From Nitrospirota bacterium (GTDB lineage: Bacteria > Nitrospirota > Nitrospiria > Nitrospirales > NS-4), in contig CAWBGA010000012.1 of assembly GCA_963788195.1 (NCBI GenBank), forward strand, positions 30,121-94,120: DNA of 64,000 nucleotides, read 5' to 3'. The translations under genes and the position numbers were made by a program. Shown here in pieces: positions 62,102 to 64,000 of this stretch. The notes under the pieces are model-generated. The model did no database searches. It was not told the origin of the DNA and saw only the letters and a program-made list of their open reading frames with translations. Numbering within the stretch: position 1 is the first letter of the stretch; each line of letters opens with the position of its first letter.

Positions 62102-62707
62102 ATGGCCTTCAGTCGGCACCATCGGTCTGTCTTCCTGAACAGCCCGAGGATTCTTCCGACGGCCTTCTACGCAAGGCAGACTCTCCTCGTGGCGCGGGAC
62201 CTCTTGGGGAAATACCTCGTGCGAGAACTGCCCGATGGGATTCGTGCCGGACGGGTGATCGAGGTCGAAGCCTATGTCGGCCCGCATGATCTTGCCTGCC
62301 ATGCTTCCAAGGGACGCACCAAGCGCACGGAGGTTTTATTCGGTTCACCCGGTCGGGCCTATGTCTACCTCATCTATGGCATGTATCATTGCCTGAATGT
62401 CGTCACGGAGCGGCTGGACTATCCCGCAGCGGTGCTGTTCCGGGCGGTGGAAGACGAGACGGGCCTCATCGACGGGCCGGGTCGACTCTGCCGAGCCTAC
62501 AGGATCGATCTCACGTTAAACTGCCATGAGCTCACCCGGGGACAGAATCTCTGGCTGGAAGATCGCGGCGAGCGGGTCCCCAAATCACGGATCGAGACCC
62601 ATCCACGGATCAACGTCGACTATGCGGGGGACTGGGCGGCCAAGCCTTGGCGCTTTCGGGTTCGAACCAACAGCTCGGCAATCCGTAAAATGAAGACCCG
62701 GATCTGA
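62102..62707 (+). CDS. DNA-3-methyladenine glycosylase (MPG/AAG family)
   Basis: VARDLLGK, EVEAY, YVYLIYGMYHCLNVV, GPGRLC and PWRF motifs. Confidence 0.92.
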   Translation: MAFSRHHRSVFLNSPRILPTAFYARQTLLVARDLLGKYLVRELPDGIRAGRVIEVEAYVGPHDLACHASKGRTKRTEVLFGSPGRAYVYLIYGMYHCLNVVTERLDYPAAVLFRAVEDETGLIDGPGRLCRAYRIDLTLNCHELTRGQNLWLEDRGERVPKSRIETHPRINVDYAGDWAAKPWRFRVRTNSSAIRKMKTRI

Positions 62708-62736
62708 TGCAACCTATCGCGCCTTTCACGCAGCTG

Positions 62737-63306
62737 TCAGACGGCGGCCAGGACCGCCTGTTTGATCTCCTGCATCTTCTCTTGGCCCTCCAGGAGCTGC
62801 ACCAACGTCAGGGCGAATTCCATCGCCGTGCCGGGGCCTCGACTCGTCACCAGGTTGCCATCAATCACCACGCGACCTTCGTCATAAATCGCGCCATCAA
62901 GCTGGTCTTTGACCGAAGGATGACTCGTCAGCCGCCGGCCGGCAATCATGTTGTTGGAAGCCAAAACGATCGGCGCGGCACAAATCGCCCCAATATAAAA
63001 GCGAGAAGGGTCAGCCTGTTGCAAATCTCTCAACAGCCGAGCCACATGCCGGTCGTTTTGCAGAGTCTGCGCGCCTTTTAACCCTCCAGGCAAGACAATC
63101 ATATCGAAGTCCGATGCCTGCACTTCGGAAAGGGCCCGGTCTGCCATGACCTTGATGCCTGTGCGACCCTCGAGAGCGGCCGGCGGCGCACCTTTCTCGA
63201 CACTTGCGAGGCTGACCGCGACGCCCGCACGGCGTAAAATGTCGACGATCGTAATGGTCTCAATTTCTTCAAACCCCGGCGCAATCGGCACGACAACCCG
63301 TTTCAT
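62737..63306 (-). CDS. DJ-1/PfpI (YajL/ThiJ) family protein
   Basis: GFEEIE, DILRRAG, LPGG, AICAAP and TSRGPGTAMEFAL motifs. Confidence 0.93.
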   Translation of the reverse strand: MKRVVVPIAPGFEEIETITIVDILRRAGVAVSLASVEKGAPPAALEGRTGIKVMADRALSEVQASDFDMIVLPGGLKGAQTLQNDRHVARLLRDLQQADPSRFYIGAICAAPIVLASNNMIAGRRLTSHPSVKDQLDGAIYDEGRVVIDGNLVTSRGPGTAMEFALTLVQLLEGQEKMQEIKQAVLAAV

Positions 63307-63365
63307 GCAGTCCCCCCCGTCTCAGATCTCTGGCGTCGGCAGTAAAGTGTCCATCGTCTTCCGAG

Positions 63366-63412
63366 CGTTGTCAATGAGAAATCTTGACAACGAACGCCTC
63401 CTCTGCTAGCGT
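63366..63412. promoter_or_regulatory. back-to-back divergent sigma70 promoters in a 9-bp inverted repeat
   Basis: CGTTGTCAA-N9-TTGACAACG; each arm gives TTGACA with a -10-like hexamer 17 nt away (TAGCGT on plus, GACACT on minus). Confidence 0.6.
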
Positions 63413-63465
63413 TTCCCTAATGATATTCGCGGTTAAGGTCAACTCCACGTAAGGAAACGAGCCCT

Positions 63466-63977
63466 ATGTCCTCGCATTCCGGCCGTGATATCAGCCTTTC
63501 AGAGAGCCATGTGCTCACCGCCATCGATGCGAACGGGCGTCCCGGAGGACTGTAAGTATAGATGAGAAAGATATCAAAGCCTTGACCCTTGCGATCAGCG
63601 GAATCGTCGAGGGAATCGCGCGCAAGGTCATTGAGGACAGACTCGAGAATCTCTTGCCGCCGCTTGTCGAGCAAACCGTGAAAAATCTGCTCCCAGAATC
63701 CATTTCCCTCTGGTCGCCGCGGAACTGCCTAGACTGGTGATCGATCAGGAGGCGATAATCAAAGAGTCAGTGGAAAAAGCGACGCGGCAGGCTCTGCCAG
63801 ACCTTATAGAACCCGTTGTGGGACGGCTCGCACCCGCTGTCCTGCAGTCTGAAATCCAGAAGCTTGTCGGTATCTAGCGCTGCGGCAGCTATCGAAAAAA
63901 TTGCCTGGGAGATCGTCCCCGCTCAAGCAGAGATCGAAGTCCGGAAAGAGATTGCGCGCCTCAGCGCAGACGACTGA
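63466..63977 (+). CDS. helical hypothetical protein, multiply frameshifted (C-terminus IEKIAWEIVPAQAEIEVRKEIARL)
   Basis: AAGGA RBS; joined frames give amphipathic helical repeats and a tail resembling the EKIAWEVVP tails of some response-regulator-associated proteins. Confidence 0.5.
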
Positions 63978-64000
63978 CCTTCCGCCTCATCTCACTCTCC

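Overview
Core-genome window of a Nitrospira-like (Nitrospirota) bacterium. This assignment is inferred from the five-subunit-type 2-oxoacid:ferredoxin oxidoreductase genes and the CydA-like/cytochrome c/NxrC-like respiratory cluster. Left to right: start of an rTCA-type oxidoreductase operon; cofactor and housekeeping genes (hemW, panC, folK, dapL, coaE, trxB, thiI, polX, queG, mutS2, secDF-yajC, tgt, argS, mobA) interspersed with accessory genes (esterase, divergent SAM-adenosyltransferase, sigma54-driven PEP-CTERM protein, extra diheme cytochrome c, nitroreductase); a ~16 kb minus-strand respiratory cluster (32.7-48.7 kb) with two CydA-like oxidases lacking CydB, three c-type cytochromes including an NxrC/EbdC-like fusion, small membrane peptides, two FGE-fold proteins, DUF3047, PCP_red, DUF420, an O-methyltransferase and a cupredoxin-like protein; a protease-TPR gene plus a divergent ECF-like sigma factor fused to an HxxxCxxC zinc motif; and a compatible-solute/alpha-glucan cluster (gpgS, GT2, CmpX-like, glgE, treS-pep2, otsA). 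Many genes, including essential ones, carry single-base frameshifts that most likely reflect sequencing or assembly indels. No rRNA, tRNA, CRISPR array or transposase was seen. All calls are from reading motifs; no searches were run.
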